A DNA stretch of 54,071 bases from an uncultured Cocleimonas sp. (GTDB lineage: Bacteria; Pseudomonadota; Gammaproteobacteria; Thiotrichales; Thiotrichaceae), in NCBI GenBank assembly GCA_964632635.1, contig CAZWEA010000001.1, forward strand, positions 1 through 54,071, in the 5' to 3' direction. A program made the position numbers and the translations under genes. Under the pieces are notes generated by a model, which did not search any database, was not told the DNA's origin, and saw nothing but the letters and a program-made list of their open reading frames with translations. Below are positions 9,939 through 20,137 of the stretch, piece after piece (the stretch's first letter is position 1; every line of letters starts with the position of its first letter).

Positions 9939-11195
9939 ATGAATTACCAACATATCAATATTCCTAAAACAGGTGAAAAGATCACCACAAACGCAGACTT
10001 CTCTTTGAATGTTCCTGATAAGCCAATTGTTCCTTATATTGAAGGCGATGGTATTGGTGTTGATATTTCACCTGTAATGAAGAAGGTAATTGATGCAGCG
10101 GTTGAAAAGGCGTATCAAGGTCAAAAACAAATTCAGTGGATGGAAATTTTTGCTGGAGAGAAGTCAACAATGGTTTATGGTGCTGATGTGTGGATGCCAG
10201 ATGAAACTATGCATGCAATTAAAGAATATGTAGTGTCTATCAAGGGTCCTTTGACGACTCCTGTTGGTGGTGGTATTCGCTCTTTGAATGTTACATTGCG
10301 TCAAGAACTTGATCTTTACACTTGTCTTAGACCGGTACGTTATTACACGGGTACGCCGAGCCCAGTTTGTGAACCAGAAAAAACAGATATGGTTATTTTT
10401 CGAGAAAATTCTGAAGACATTTATGCAGGAATCGAATGGGAAAGTGGCTCTGATGAAGTGAAGAAGGTCATAAAGTTTTTACAAGAAGAAATGGGGGTGA
10501 GTAAAATCCGTTTCCCTGAAACATCTGGTATTGGTATTAAGCCCGTATCTAAAGAGGGTACTGAAAGACTTGTCAGGAAAGCACTTCAGTATGCTATTGA
10601 TAATAATCGTCCTAGCCTTACTTTGGTTCATAAAGGGAATATCATGAAGTTCACCGAAGGAGGATTTAAACAGTGGGGTTATGATCTTGCTAGAAATGAA
10701 TTTGCAGGAGAAGATTTGGATGGTGGTCCTTGGCTTGTCTTTAAAAATCCAAACACGGGTGATGATATTATTGTTAAAGATGTTATAGCTGATGCTTTCT
10801 TGCAAAATATATTATTGCATCCTGAAGAATACGATGTGATTGCAACGTTAAATTTAAATGGTGATTATATATCAGATGCACTCGCTGCACAGGTTGGCGG
10901 TATTGGTATTGCACCAGGTGCAAACATGTCTGATACGATTGCTTTATTTGAAGCTACCCATGGAACTGCTCCACCGATAGCTGGTCAAAATAAGGCCAAC
11001 CCAGGGTCAATTATTTTATCTGCAGAAATGATGTTAAGACATATTGGCTGGATTGAAGCTGCCGATCTTGTGGTTAAAGCTTTAGCTGGTGCGATAGTTG
11101 CGAAGAAAGTGACTTTTGATTTCTCAGATCAAATGGAGAATGCTACAGAAGTTAGTAGTTCTGAATTTGGTGATCATATGATTAGTCATATGTGA
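9939..11195 (+). CDS. icd: Dimeric isocitrate dehydrogenase with atypical coenzyme pocket
   Basis: [42 protein letters not shown] and EATHGTAP motifs. Confidence 0.95.
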   Translation: MNYQHINIPKTGEKITTNADFSLNVPDKPIVPYIEGDGIGVDISPVMKKVIDAAVEKAYQGQKQIQWMEIFAGEKSTMVYGADVWMPDETMHAIKEYVVSIKGPLTTPVGGGIRSLNVTLRQELDLYTCLRPVRYYTGTPSPVCEPEKTDMVIFRENSEDIYAGIEWESGSDEVKKVIKFLQEEMGVSKIRFPETSGIGIKPVSKEGTERLVRKALQYAIDNNRPSLTLVHKGNIMKFTEGGFKQWGYDLARNEFAGEDLDGGPWLVFKNPNTGDDIIVKDVIADAFLQNILLHPEEYDVIATLNLNGDYISDALAAQVGGIGIAPGANMSDTIALFEATHGTAPPIAGQNKANPGSIILSAEMMLRHIGWIEAADLVVKALAGAIVAKKVTFDFSDQMENATEVSSSEFGDHMISHM

Positions 11196-11281
11196 TTGTG
11201 TATAAGAGCTTAGATAATACGCATTAATTAGGACTATTGCCTCCGTGCAAAGGCCGCAGGATAGATTTACAGGTGATTTAA

Positions 11282-11680
11282 ATGGTTGAAAGTTTAAACC
11301 AAAGAGAACATATTTACAGAACTAGCAAGGTTACAAATAGTGTTACAAAGGTTGTAAATAACCAGTCAGGGGATGATTTTGACCAAGATTCTGGTTTGAT
11401 GGTACAGGAATCCCGCCCAGAAGTAGCAGAACCTAAACGATATATGGTTATACTAGTTAACGATGACTTTACACCAATGGAATTTGTCGTAGAGATTTTA
11501 CGCCAATTTTTTAGCCATGATGAAGAAAGTGCAACACGAATAATGTTAAATGTTCATACCAAGGGTAAGGGCGTATGTGGTATTTTTTCAAAAGATATTG
11601 CAGAAACAAAGGTTGTATTGGTGAATGAGTTTGCACAAGAAAATGAGCATCCATTGTTATGTACAATGGAAAAAGCTTAA
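11282..11680 (+). CDS. clpS: Clp protease adaptor ClpS
   Basis: [17 protein letters not shown] and HPLLCTME motifs; directly upstream of clpA; start uncertain. Confidence 0.93.
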   Translation: MVESLNQREHIYRTSKVTNSVTKVVNNQSGDDFDQDSGLMVQESRPEVAEPKRYMVILVNDDFTPMEFVVEILRQFFSHDEESATRIMLNVHTKGKGVCGIFSKDIAETKVVLVNEFAQENEHPLLCTMEKA

Positions 11681-11749
11681 TCATTTTCTTATTAAAAGGT
11701 CTTATTAAATTGTTAATAAAAATTAGATGGGCAGATAAGGAGAGTAAAG

Positions 11750-14044
11750 ATGTTAAGTACAGAAGTTGAATTTTCAATAAACAAGCTATTTAAGGAAGCT
11801 CGTGATAAGCATCATGAGTTTGTTACAGTTGAGCATCTTTTACTTTCAATGACAACGAATCCGTCTGCAGGTAAAGCACTACGTGCTTGTGGTGTTGATA
11901 TTTCTATTTTACAAACAGAGTTAGAAAGTTATATTGAAGAAAGCACTCCTTTGTTAAGTCTGGAAGATCAAAGAGAGACTCAACCTACACTGGGATTTCA
12001 GCGTGTTATACAGCGTGCTGTTTATCATGTACAAGCGACAGGTAAGGGTGAAGTTGGTGGAGAAAATATTTTGGTTGCCATCTTTGGTGAGCCTGAATCT
12101 CATGCTGTTTTTTATCTTTCTAAACAAAATATGTCACGCTTAGATCTTGTCAACTATGTATCACATGATATTCATAAAGATGAAGCTATGTTGTCAGACT
12201 TTAGCATTGATGAGTCTAATGGCTCTGGTGAAAATCAAACCGATGCCAATAACCCTGAAGCAGAAACTGCTGAACCTAAAAAGAGTCCACTAGAGCAGTT
12301 TGCTACGAATTTAAATCAATACGCGATTGAAGGAAAAATTGACCCTTTGATTGGTCGTCATGAAGAAGTAGAAAGAACTGTCCAAGTTTTATGTCGTCGC
12401 AGAAAAAACAACCCTTTATTGGTTGGTGAATCTGGAGTAGGTAAGACGGCGATTGCAGAAGGTCTAGCTAAACGAATTATAGATAGTGAAGTGCCTGAAG
12501 TTTTGGAAGGCTCTACTATTTACTCTTTAGATCTTGGTGCTTTGGTAGCTGGAACAAAATACCGTGGTGATTTTGAAAAACGATTAAAAGCTGTTCTTAA
12601 TCAGATTAAGTCAGAAGAAAAGGCGATTTTATTTATTGATGAAATACATATCATGATCGGTGCAGGTGCAACTTCTGGTGGCACTATGGATGCATCTAAC
12701 CTACTTAAACCAATGCTTGCTAATGGCGAGTTAAAGTGTATCGGATCAACTACTTATCAAGAATATCATAGTATTTTTGAGAAAGAGAGAGCGTTAGCTC
12801 GACGTTTCCAAAAAATAGATATAAAAGAGCCAAGTATTAATGAAACGATAAAAATACTAAAAGGTTTAAAATCAAAGTTTGAAGAGCATCATGGTGTTAG
12901 TTATACAGCTGCATCTTTAGAAACTGCTGTTAAATTATCTGAACGCTACATTACAGATCGTTTTTTACCTGATAAAGCGATTGATGTTATCGATGAGGCA
13001 GGTGCTAATAGACAATTACAGCCTAAAAGTACGCGCAAGAAAAAGATCACAGTGGCAGATGTTGAATCTATTGTTGCTAAAATTGCTAGAATACCGCCAA
13101 AAACTGTTTCTAGTTCTGATATGGAAGTATTGAAGAACCTTGATGTTAACCTTAAAAGAGTTGTTTTTGGTCAGGATGAAGCTATCGATCAATTAGTAAC
13201 TGCCGTTAAGTTGTCCCGCTCTGGTTTGCGAGATGATGCAAAACCTATCGGTTCTTTCGTATTTGCAGGTCCAACAGGTGTTGGTAAAACTGAAGTGACT
13301 AACCAACTTGCTGAAAACCTCGGTATTGAGATGATACGCTTTGATATGTCAGAGTATATGGAACGCCATACTGTTTCACGCCTTATTGGTGCTCCCCCAG
13401 GTTATGTTGGATTTGATGATGGTGGTCTTTTAACAGATGCTGTTAATAAAAATCCACATGCTGTATTACTGTTAGATGAAATCGAGAAAGCGCATCCAGA
13501 TGTATATAATCTATTGCTTCAAGTAATGGATAATGGAAGCTTAACTGATAGTAGTGGACGTAAAGTTGACTTTCGTAATGTGATTTTGGTAATGACGAGT
13601 AACGCAGGTGCAGAAAATATAAGCCGAAGTTCTATGGGCTTTACTAAACAAAATCATTCATTAGATACAATGAAAGCGATCGAAAATGTGTTTTCACCTG
13701 AATTCAGAAACCGTCTTGATGGAATTATTCAATTCAAACCACTTGATGAAAAAGTCATCATTTCAATTGTTGATAAGTTCTTGATTCGTCTTGAAACACA
13801 GTTATCTGATAAGAATGTAACACTGATTGTTGATGATAAAGCCAAGCGTTGGTTAGCTAAAACGGGGCATGATCCTGTTATGGGTGCTAGACCTATGGAA
13901 AGATTAATACAGAAAAGCATTAAACGTCAATTGGCAGATGAATTACTCTTTGGAAAACTTAGTAAAGATGGTGGTACGGTTAGAATTACTGAAGCAGATA
14001 ATGAACTAGCTTTATCATTCGAAGAAATGGCTGTTCCTGCTTAA
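11750..14044 (+). CDS. clpA: ATP-dependent Clp protease ATPase ClpA
   Basis: Two AAA+ modules ([16 protein letters not shown]), [14 protein letters not shown] ClpP-binding loop. Confidence 0.97.
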   Translation: MLSTEVEFSINKLFKEARDKHHEFVTVEHLLLSMTTNPSAGKALRACGVDISILQTELESYIEESTPLLSLEDQRETQPTLGFQRVIQRAVYHVQATGKGEVGGENILVAIFGEPESHAVFYLSKQNMSRLDLVNYVSHDIHKDEAMLSDFSIDESNGSGENQTDANNPEAETAEPKKSPLEQFATNLNQYAIEGKIDPLIGRHEEVERTVQVLCRRRKNNPLLVGESGVGKTAIAEGLAKRIIDSEVPEVLEGSTIYSLDLGALVAGTKYRGDFEKRLKAVLNQIKSEEKAILFIDEIHIMIGAGATSGGTMDASNLLKPMLANGELKCIGSTTYQEYHSIFEKERALARRFQKIDIKEPSINETIKILKGLKSKFEEHHGVSYTAASLETAVKLSERYITDRFLPDKAIDVIDEAGANRQLQPKSTRKKKITVADVESIVAKIARIPPKTVSSSDMEVLKNLDVNLKRVVFGQDEAIDQLVTAVKLSRSGLRDDAKPIGSFVFAGPTGVGKTEVTNQLAENLGIEMIRFDMSEYMERHTVSRLIGAPPGYVGFDDGGLLTDAVNKNPHAVLLLDEIEKAHPDVYNLLLQVMDNGSLTDSSGRKVDFRNVILVMTSNAGAENISRSSMGFTKQNHSLDTMKAIENVFSPEFRNRLDGIIQFKPLDEKVIISIVDKFLIRLETQLSDKNVTLIVDDKAKRWLAKTGHDPVMGARPMERLIQKSIKRQLADELLFGKLSKDGGTVRITEADNELALSFEEMAVPA

Positions 14045-14129
14045 AGAATATTTGATTAGATCTATTCTACATTTCTTGTAGAAAGCCATGTTAGAAGTTA
14101 TCCGATAATTCAAACATTTTGAAAGATTT

Positions 14130-14156
14130 ATAAACACGCCTTGTAGGCGTGTTTAT
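14130..14156. terminator. Probable bidirectional intrinsic terminator between convergent clpA and rapZ
   Basis: ATAAACACGCCT-TGT-AGGCGTGTTTAT, 12-bp perfect stem. Confidence 0.75.
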
Positions 14157-14207
14157 TCCTATTTAAACTTAACTTTAATAGCAAAAAGAGAGAAGCAAGA
14201 AGGTTTT

Positions 14208-15059
14208 TTACTTTTCGAGTTCTCGATGTTTGACAATGACAGAGTCTTTATACTTATTTCTAAAGTATTTTGCCAGTTGTTCAGTTAGGTATACGGAACG
14301 ATGATGGCCTCCTGTACACCCAATTGAAACAGTTAAGTATGATCGCTGTGCTTCAATAATATAGGGAACCCACTGATCAATAAATGACACCAGCTCTTGT
14401 TCCATTTTAATGACCAGCTCTTGTTTTGATAGCCACTCAATTACTTCTTTTTCTAAACCTGTGTGAGACCGTAATTCAGGTATCCAATAAGGATTTGGAA
14501 GACAACGAACATCAAACAAGTAATCTGAATCCCTTGGTGTTCCATATTTAAAACCGAAGGATTGAAACATTAACGATAATGGTTGTTTTTGATTGTTACA
14601 AATACGAGTAATGATTTGGGATGATAGTTCATAAATAGTGGTAAAACTGGTGTCTATTTGTATATCAGCAATTTCTCTAATCGGTGCCAGAACTTCATAT
14701 TCTTTTACCAGTGCTTCTCGCAAGGTAGTTCCTGGGCTAGACAGGGGATGTTTATGTCTTGTTTCATCATATCTTTTAATAAGAACAGCTTTACCTGCAT
14801 ATAAATATACAATATCTGTCTTATATTTTTCTTTTAACGGAGCTACTATCTCAGCTAAGCTTTGAATGTATTCTTCACCACTTCGAATATCAATTCCAAC
14901 GGCTACCTTATTGTGTTTTTGGAGGCTTTTTGTTTCGAATAAATTGGTGAGTAGCTCAATTGGTAAATTATCAATACAATAGTAACCTTGATCTTCGAGG
15001 GTATTAAGAACTAGTGATTTCCCTGCACCTGACATTCCACTTATAATAACGAGATGCAT
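14208..15059 (-). CDS. rapZ: RNase adaptor / P-loop NTPase RapZ
   Basis: ISGMSGAGKS, CIDNLP, SFGFKYG, DVRCLPNP and IGCTGGHHRSV motifs. Confidence 0.95.
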   Translation of the reverse strand: MHLVIISGMSGAGKSLVLNTLEDQGYYCIDNLPIELLTNLFETKSLQKHNKVAVGIDIRSGEEYIQSLAEIVAPLKEKYKTDIVYLYAGKAVLIKRYDETRHKHPLSSPGTTLREALVKEYEVLAPIREIADIQIDTSFTTIYELSSQIITRICNNQKQPLSLMFQSFGFKYGTPRDSDYLFDVRCLPNPYWIPELRSHTGLEKEVIEWLSKQELVIKMEQELVSFIDQWVPYIIEAQRSYLTVSIGCTGGHHRSVYLTEQLAKYFRNKYKDSVIVKHRELEK

Positions 15060-15547
15060 TAATTGGTTTCCGAATTTAAAAGTTTTTCAAAATACTTAGT
15101 GAGTAATTCGATATTTTCTGAGTCTATTAGTTTACTCAGCTTTTCTTTCTTTAGTATGTTTTTATTAATGTTTGATAATACCTTTTTAAAGTTATCACGG
15201 TTATTTTCAGGTATAAGAATACCCAAAAATACTCTAATATCTTGTTTATCGGCGGAATTGAGTTTAAGCCCTTTTTTTAAAATAATTAAAGCCGCTCGAG
15301 TATTAGTAATTTGCAGGTGAGCTCTTGGAATAGCTACTCCATTACCTATATAGGTATCTCCTAGCTTTTCTCGAGCAATCAAAGCATCGAATATATCGTT
15401 TTTACTAACTTCACATTGTCCTTTAGTAAGTAATTTAGTCAAGGTATCAAAAATACATTTTTTACTTTCAGATTTTTTGAGTAATTTAACACGATTAGGT
15501 TCTAATAAAGGTTGATAGTTTAAATCTGGCATAAGTATTTCAGGCAC
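15059..15547 (-). CDS. ptsN: PTS EIIA-Ntr-like protein, divergent, phospho-His replaced by Arg
   Basis: REKLGDTYIGNGVAIPR motif; position between hpf and rapZ; start is GTG 15547 or ATG 15532. Confidence 0.85.
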   Translation of the reverse strand: MPEILMPDLNYQPLLEPNRVKLLKKSESKKCIFDTLTKLLTKGQCEVSKNDIFDALIAREKLGDTYIGNGVAIPRAHLQITNTRAALIILKKGLKLNSADKQDIRVFLGILIPENNRDNFKKVLSNINKNILKKEKLSKLIDSENIELLTKYFEKLLNSETN

Positions 15548-15585
15548 CTCAAATCAAGATAAGATTATAAGGAAGAGGTGCCTGA
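15540..15585. promoter_or_regulatory. 11-bp perfect inverted repeat covering the ptsN translation initiation region
   Basis: TCAGGCACCTC (15540-15550) and GAGGTGCCTGA (15575-15585), 24-nt loop. Confidence 0.55.
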
Positions 15586-15599
15586 GTTTAAAGTATAAT

Positions 15600-15935
15600 T
15601 TAAGCGTATTGATCCATAGCAATATTTCTATGGTTACCTTCATTTCTATGATGACTTCTTAGCTTTTCTTTGTGTTTAAGAATTTGTCGATCCAGCTTGT
15701 CAGCTAGTAAGTCGATTGCTGCATACATATCATGCCCCGTTGCATCTGCAAAAATATTATTTCCACTAACATTAATTGAGGCTTCTGCCTTATTATTGTG
15801 TTTTTGTACTTCTAGAATGATGTGGATATTTAGAACTTGGTCAAAATGACGTTTAAGACGTGTTACTTTTTCCCGGATATAGTTATTGAGTAATGGGGTT
15901 ACGTCTATGTGGTGACCAGTAATATCTAATTGCAT
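15600..15935 (-). CDS. hpf: Ribosome hibernation promoting factor
   Basis: MQLDITGHHIDVT...DMYAAIDLLADKLDRQ; GGAGTG RBS before ATG 15935. Confidence 0.93.
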   Translation of the reverse strand: MQLDITGHHIDVTPLLNNYIREKVTRLKRHFDQVLNIHIILEVQKHNNKAEASINVSGNNIFADATGHDMYAAIDLLADKLDRQILKHKEKLRSHHRNEGNHRNIAMDQYA

Positions 15936-16038
15936 ATTATTCACTCCTATCTTTAGGTTATACGACTTTTTCCTGAAAGCCCTTTCAGAAAGTCGCGATG
16001 TGTGAAGTTTTAACGTTACCTTGGTAAAAGAAACCTCC

Positions 16039-17469
16039 TCAAGCAAACACTTTTCTATCATGAGAAGAAGGTATAGCTTGTGCTTCACGGTATTTGGCGA
16101 CGGTTCGTCGCGCTACTTTGATTCCCTGCTGATTTAACAGGTTTGTCAATTTGTTGTCACTTAAGGGTTTAGTAGGGTCTTCTTTATTGATTAGGTTTTT
16201 TATCATTGCACGAATAGCCGTTGAAGAACACTCTCCACCTGTATCTGTACTGACATGGCTAGAAAAGAAGAATTTGAATTCATAAACTCCACGTGGGGTA
16301 TGCATGAATTTTCGAGTTGTCACTCTGGAAACTGTCGACTCATGGACATCAAGTTGAGTAGCTAAATCACTTAATACAAGAGGTTTCATCGCTTCTTCAC
16401 CATATTGAAAGAAAGCTTGTTGTTTTTCGACTATTGCTTGCGCCACTCTTAAAATTGTGTCGTTACGGTTTTCTAAGCTACTGATGAACCAGCGAGCTTG
16501 TTGTAGATTCTCTTTAATGTACTGACTTGTTTCTTTTTGAGTTGTATTTTTGAGCATATCTACGTAATAGTTGTTAAGTTTTAACTCTTGCTGTGTGCTT
16601 CCATTGAGTGTAATTGCCCATTTACCTTTTATTTTTTTAACAAATACATCAGGAACAATATAGTCTGTAGAAGATGTATTAAAAGTACTCCCAGGCTCTG
16701 GGTCTAGAGAACGAATTAACTGAATGAGTTCTTCTAGAACAGTATTATTAACTCTCAAAGCTCTCTTTATACCTGTATAGTCTCTTTTTTTTAGTAAGTC
16801 CAGATGTTTTTTTAGTAATCGATGTGCTTTTTTATATAAAGGATGGTTTAAATGATGTTGTTTGAGTTGTAGTAAAAGGCATTCATCTAGTGATCTCGCA
16901 CCTACCCCAGAAGGGGATAGATGTTGGATATAGGTTAGTACTGCTTCAACTTCATCAAAATCAATAAACAAAGTGTCTTTCAATGATTCATGTATTTGTT
17001 CTAAAGGTTCCTTTAAAAAGCCATCATCAGCGATGTAATCGATAATTAATCGTGCTATTTCTTTATCAAGATCAGACAGGTTTCCAAGCTCAACTTGCCA
17101 TAATAGATTTTCATGTAAGCCTTGGGATTCGGAGTGCATGGTTTCAATAAAGTCCGAGGTGCTTGTAGAAGTATCTGTATTGGTAACTTTCCATTCAGGG
17201 TCATAAATGTCATCCCAGTTTGCATCAATATTTAGATCTTCAGGAATTGCATCACTAGATGATTCTATATCATCTGCTTTACAAATATTATTTTCTTCAT
17301 GAGACAGCTCTTCAGTTTGTCTTTCTAATAGAGGGTTGGTATCTAATATTTCTTGAACTTCTTGTTCTAATTCTACTGAAGATAATTGTAATAAGCGTAT
17401 TGCTTGTTGCAACTGGGGGGTCATGGACAACGATTGTCCAAGTTTTATATTGAGTCCCTGCTTAATCAT
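16039..17469 (-). CDS. rpoN: RNA polymerase sigma-54 factor
   Basis: MTPQLQQAIRLLQL, HESTVSR and RpoN box ARRTVAKYRE. Confidence 0.98.
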   Translation of the reverse strand: MIKQGLNIKLGQSLSMTPQLQQAIRLLQLSSVELEQEVQEILDTNPLLERQTEELSHEENNICKADDIESSSDAIPEDLNIDANWDDIYDPEWKVTNTDTSTSTSDFIETMHSESQGLHENLLWQVELGNLSDLDKEIARLIIDYIADDGFLKEPLEQIHESLKDTLFIDFDEVEAVLTYIQHLSPSGVGARSLDECLLLQLKQHHLNHPLYKKAHRLLKKHLDLLKKRDYTGIKRALRVNNTVLEELIQLIRSLDPEPGSTFNTSSTDYIVPDVFVKKIKGKWAITLNGSTQQELKLNNYYVDMLKNTTQKETSQYIKENLQQARWFISSLENRNDTILRVAQAIVEKQQAFFQYGEEAMKPLVLSDLATQLDVHESTVSRVTTRKFMHTPRGVYEFKFFFSSHVSTDTGGECSSTAIRAMIKNLINKEDPTKPLSDNKLTNLLNQQGIKVARRTVAKYREAQAIPSSHDRKVFA

Positions 17470-17557
17470 TATGAATTGTAAATGCTCTTTTTGTTTTATC
17501 TTTATTTTCTATATAATTGTAGCAGGTGTTATGAAAAAAATATGAATATCTGATTGA

Positions 17558-17573
17558 TGGTATGAATCTTGCT
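17558..17573 (+). promoter_or_regulatory. Sigma-54 -24/-12 site upstream of rpoN, opposite orientation
   Basis: TGGTATGAATCTTGCT has exact GG-N10-GC spacing with TTGC. Confidence 0.6.
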
Positions 17574-17591
17574 TAAACATCCAATGATTCA

Positions 17592-17620
17592 ATGGCACCC
17601 CCACTGTTTTTATACAATTG
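17592..17620 (+). repeat. Dispersed 29-bp intergenic motif, copy 1
   Basis: ATGGCACCCCCACTGTTTTTATACAATTG. Confidence 0.8.
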
Positions 17621-17680
17621 TGATGTTACTCAAGAGTAAAAAAGGCTTCGATCAGTTTTTAATAAAAGTAAAGGTCATAA

Positions 17681-18418
17681 TTACAGTTTGAAATCTTTAC
17701 CAAGGTAGATTTCTCGTACTTGGTCATTTTCAAGTATTGATTGAGGTGAGCCTGCAGCTAATATACTGCCATTCCCTAATACGTATGCTCTGTCACATAT
17801 ACCAAGTGTCTCTCGAACATTGTGATCAGTGATAAGAACACCTATTCCTCTATTTTTAAGGTGTGATATTATTTTTTGTATTTCTATTACAGATACAGGA
17901 TCTACTCCTGCAAAAGGCTCATCTAGCAAAATAAAAGAAGGTTCTGTTGCTAAAGCTCTTGCTATTTCAACACGCCTACGTTCACCGCCAGATAAACTAA
18001 TCCCCAAAGAGTCTCTGATATGTGTAATTTGAAACTCTTCAAGTAGACTTTCAAGTTTGTCTTGTCGAGATTGCTTGTTGAGATCCTTACGTGTTTCTAA
18101 TATGGCGTAAATATTATCTGCTACAGTTAGCTTGCGAAATATACTGGCTTCCTGCGCAAGGTATCCAATACCATGCCGTGCTCGTAGATGCATACTCAGT
18201 TTAGTAAGATCAATTGTTTTATCTTTTGAATTAAGTGTTACAGAGCCCTTATCGCATGCAACTAGACCAACAACCATATAAAAACAGGTGGTTTTTCCAG
18301 CTCCGTTAGGACCGAGTAGCCCAACCACTTCAGAGCTATTTATTTCAAGAGAAATACCTTTTAATATTTCTCTTTTTCCGTAACTTTTGTGAAGCTCGTT
18401 TGCAATTAATACACTCAA
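17681..18418 (-). CDS. lptB: LPS export ABC ATPase LptB
   Basis: [24 protein letters not shown] and [10 protein letters not shown] motifs. Confidence 0.97.
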   Translation of the reverse strand: MSVLIANELHKSYGKREILKGISLEINSSEVVGLLGPNGAGKTTCFYMVVGLVACDKGSVTLNSKDKTIDLTKLSMHLRARHGIGYLAQEASIFRKLTVADNIYAILETRKDLNKQSRQDKLESLLEEFQITHIRDSLGISLSGGERRRVEIARALATEPSFILLDEPFAGVDPVSVIEIQKIISHLKNRGIGVLITDHNVRETLGICDRAYVLGNGSILAAGSPQSILENDQVREIYLGKDFKL

Positions 18419-18480
18419 GATATAGATCCTGCTAATTGATTATTTTTTACCATTATTTAGGAAACTACTTAGCCTATAGT

Positions 18481-19014
18481 TTATTTAGATTTATTAGTAG
18501 GATAAAAAATGGCTTTAACACGACTTTTCCCAGGGGTTTTTTTATTACCCGCTCTAAGTTCACCAGTGCGAGTTGAGTAATCAATATGATTGCTACTGAA
18601 CTTATCATTATTTTGTGAAATAACGGCATTGCCATCAAGGACAATTTTCTTTTCCTTGATTAAATAAATAACACGGTTAGCCTTTCCTTTAGCAAGTTTT
18701 CCATCATCCATTTTCTGCTCAAAACTAACAGGAGAACCGTTGGCAATGATTTTGCTTATTTCATTATTCGGTGCTTTTATTTCTATTTTGTTAGCCCGAA
18801 TTTTTAAACTTCCTTGTACTATGGTTACATTACCTTCATAGATAGCAAAGCCTTTGTTTTTGTTGAATACAACACTATTGGCATCAATGTGAACTGGTTT
18901 TTCAACATCATTCTTAAGTGCTATGCTTGGAGATGTAATGAATAATGTGAAAGCTACGAAAGATTGTGTGATTACTTTGGATTTACTTAGCAGGTATGAA
19001 TTCAGTATGTACAT
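18481..19014 (-). CDS. lptA: LPS transport periplasmic protein LptA
   Basis: Signal peptide, PVHIDA, YEGNVTIVQGSLKI; synteny with lptB/lptC. Confidence 0.9.
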   Translation of the reverse strand: MYILNSYLLSKSKVITQSFVAFTLFITSPSIALKNDVEKPVHIDANSVVFNKNKGFAIYEGNVTIVQGSLKIRANKIEIKAPNNEISKIIANGSPVSFEQKMDDGKLAKGKANRVIYLIKEKKIVLDGNAVISQNNDKFSSNHIDYSTRTGELRAGNKKTPGKSRVKAIFYPTNKSK

Positions 19015-19549
19015 TTTGTTTAATCCTCAATTCCTGTTTGTCTAGATGGGTGCTAAAGCCTACGCCTTTTATTTTGCCCATGTCAGAAGTGAATACCAAT
19101 TTCTTATCTGTGGACAGTACTTTTTCTATTGGGTTATAGATTAAATCATTTGTTAGTAATTTAAAACTATCCAGTGGCTTAGAACCCATTTTTATGACAG
19201 AAACATCCCCTGTTAACTGTATTGAGCTGTTCTTTTTATCCTGCAATGCCGTTTTAGCATTTAAAGTAATGATAGAGTTATCGATTCCCCTTGCCTTCAA
19301 CTCAGGACTAAATATTTCACTTGCACCAGTGACTTGTTGGTGTACTAAGTGGCTACCTTTTAATTGATAACGCATTGTTCCATCAGCATAGGTGTTAAGT
19401 AAAGTGAAATCACTAAGATAATAATCAATTCTTTTAACATTTTTGCTGAAATCAAAGTCTCGATAAGAGAGCCATGTTGAATTTAACCATGTAAAAACAA
19501 CAAGAACCATAATGGCAAAAAGCAAAAAGAGTAGGCCACTTTTATTCAT
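18983..19549 (-). CDS. lptC: LPS export protein LptC
   Basis: Single N-terminal TM segment followed by DYY and beta-rich domain; synteny. Confidence 0.85.
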   Translation of the reverse strand: MNKSGLLFLLFAIMVLVVFTWLNSTWLSYRDFDFSKNVKRIDYYLSDFTLLNTYADGTMRYQLKGSHLVHQQVTGASEIFSPELKARGIDNSIITLNAKTALQDKKNSSIQLTGDVSVIKMGSKPLDSFKLLTNDLIYNPIEKVLSTDKKLVFTSDMGKIKGVGFSTHLDKQELRIKQNVHTEFIPAK

Positions 19550-19573
19550 ATTTGTAGTTTGTCTGTCTGATAA

Positions 19574-20137
19574 CTAATCAGTGAAAAGATAATTATTGTA
19601 TAAGTTGTCAAGTTTCTCTTGAGCATTAAGAAGCAGTTCACAAACTTCGCGAACAGCTCCTTTTCCTCCAGATTGTGTACTTGTCCAGTCAGCATGTTTT
19701 TTTACAAACCAGTTTGCATTTCCCACAGCAATAGATAATCCGACTTGGCTCATAATGGGAAGGTCGATAACATCATCTCCAACATAGGCTATATTTTTCT
19801 TATCTAGTTTGGTTTTATTTAGTAAATCTTCAAATGCAGGGATTTTATCACGATAGCCTTGGTAAATGAGTTCAGATGATAAACCTAAGTTCTTAGCACG
19901 CTTCAAAACTAGGTTTGACTTTCGTCCTGTTATTATTGCCACTTCAATATCATTATCTAATAGCAAGCGAATGCCGTGACCATCAAGTGAATTAAATGCT
20001 TTAAATTCCTCACCTTGATTATCGAAATAAAGACTGCCATCTGTTAAAACACCATCAACATCAAAAATAATGAGTTTAATTTCTTTTGCCAAATGGCTAA
20101 TCGTGTCTGTGATATCTGAACTAAAAGGTAACTCCAT
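19574..20137 (-). CDS. kdsC: KDO-8-phosphate phosphatase
   Basis: FDVDGVLTDG HAD motif, GDDVIDLP, GGKGAVRE. Confidence 0.95.
   Translation of the reverse strand: MELPFSSDITDTISHLAKEIKLIIFDVDGVLTDGSLYFDNQGEEFKAFNSLDGHGIRLLLDNDIEVAIITGRKSNLVLKRAKNLGLSSELIYQGYRDKIPAFEDLLNKTKLDKKNIAYVGDDVIDLPIMSQVGLSIAVGNANWFVKKHADWTSTQSGGKGAVREVCELLLNAQEKLDNLYNNYLFTD

Noticed and set aside
15936-16088. 51-aa N-terminal extension of the hpf ORF
   Set aside because: It overlaps rpoN; family similarity and the RBS point to ATG 15935.
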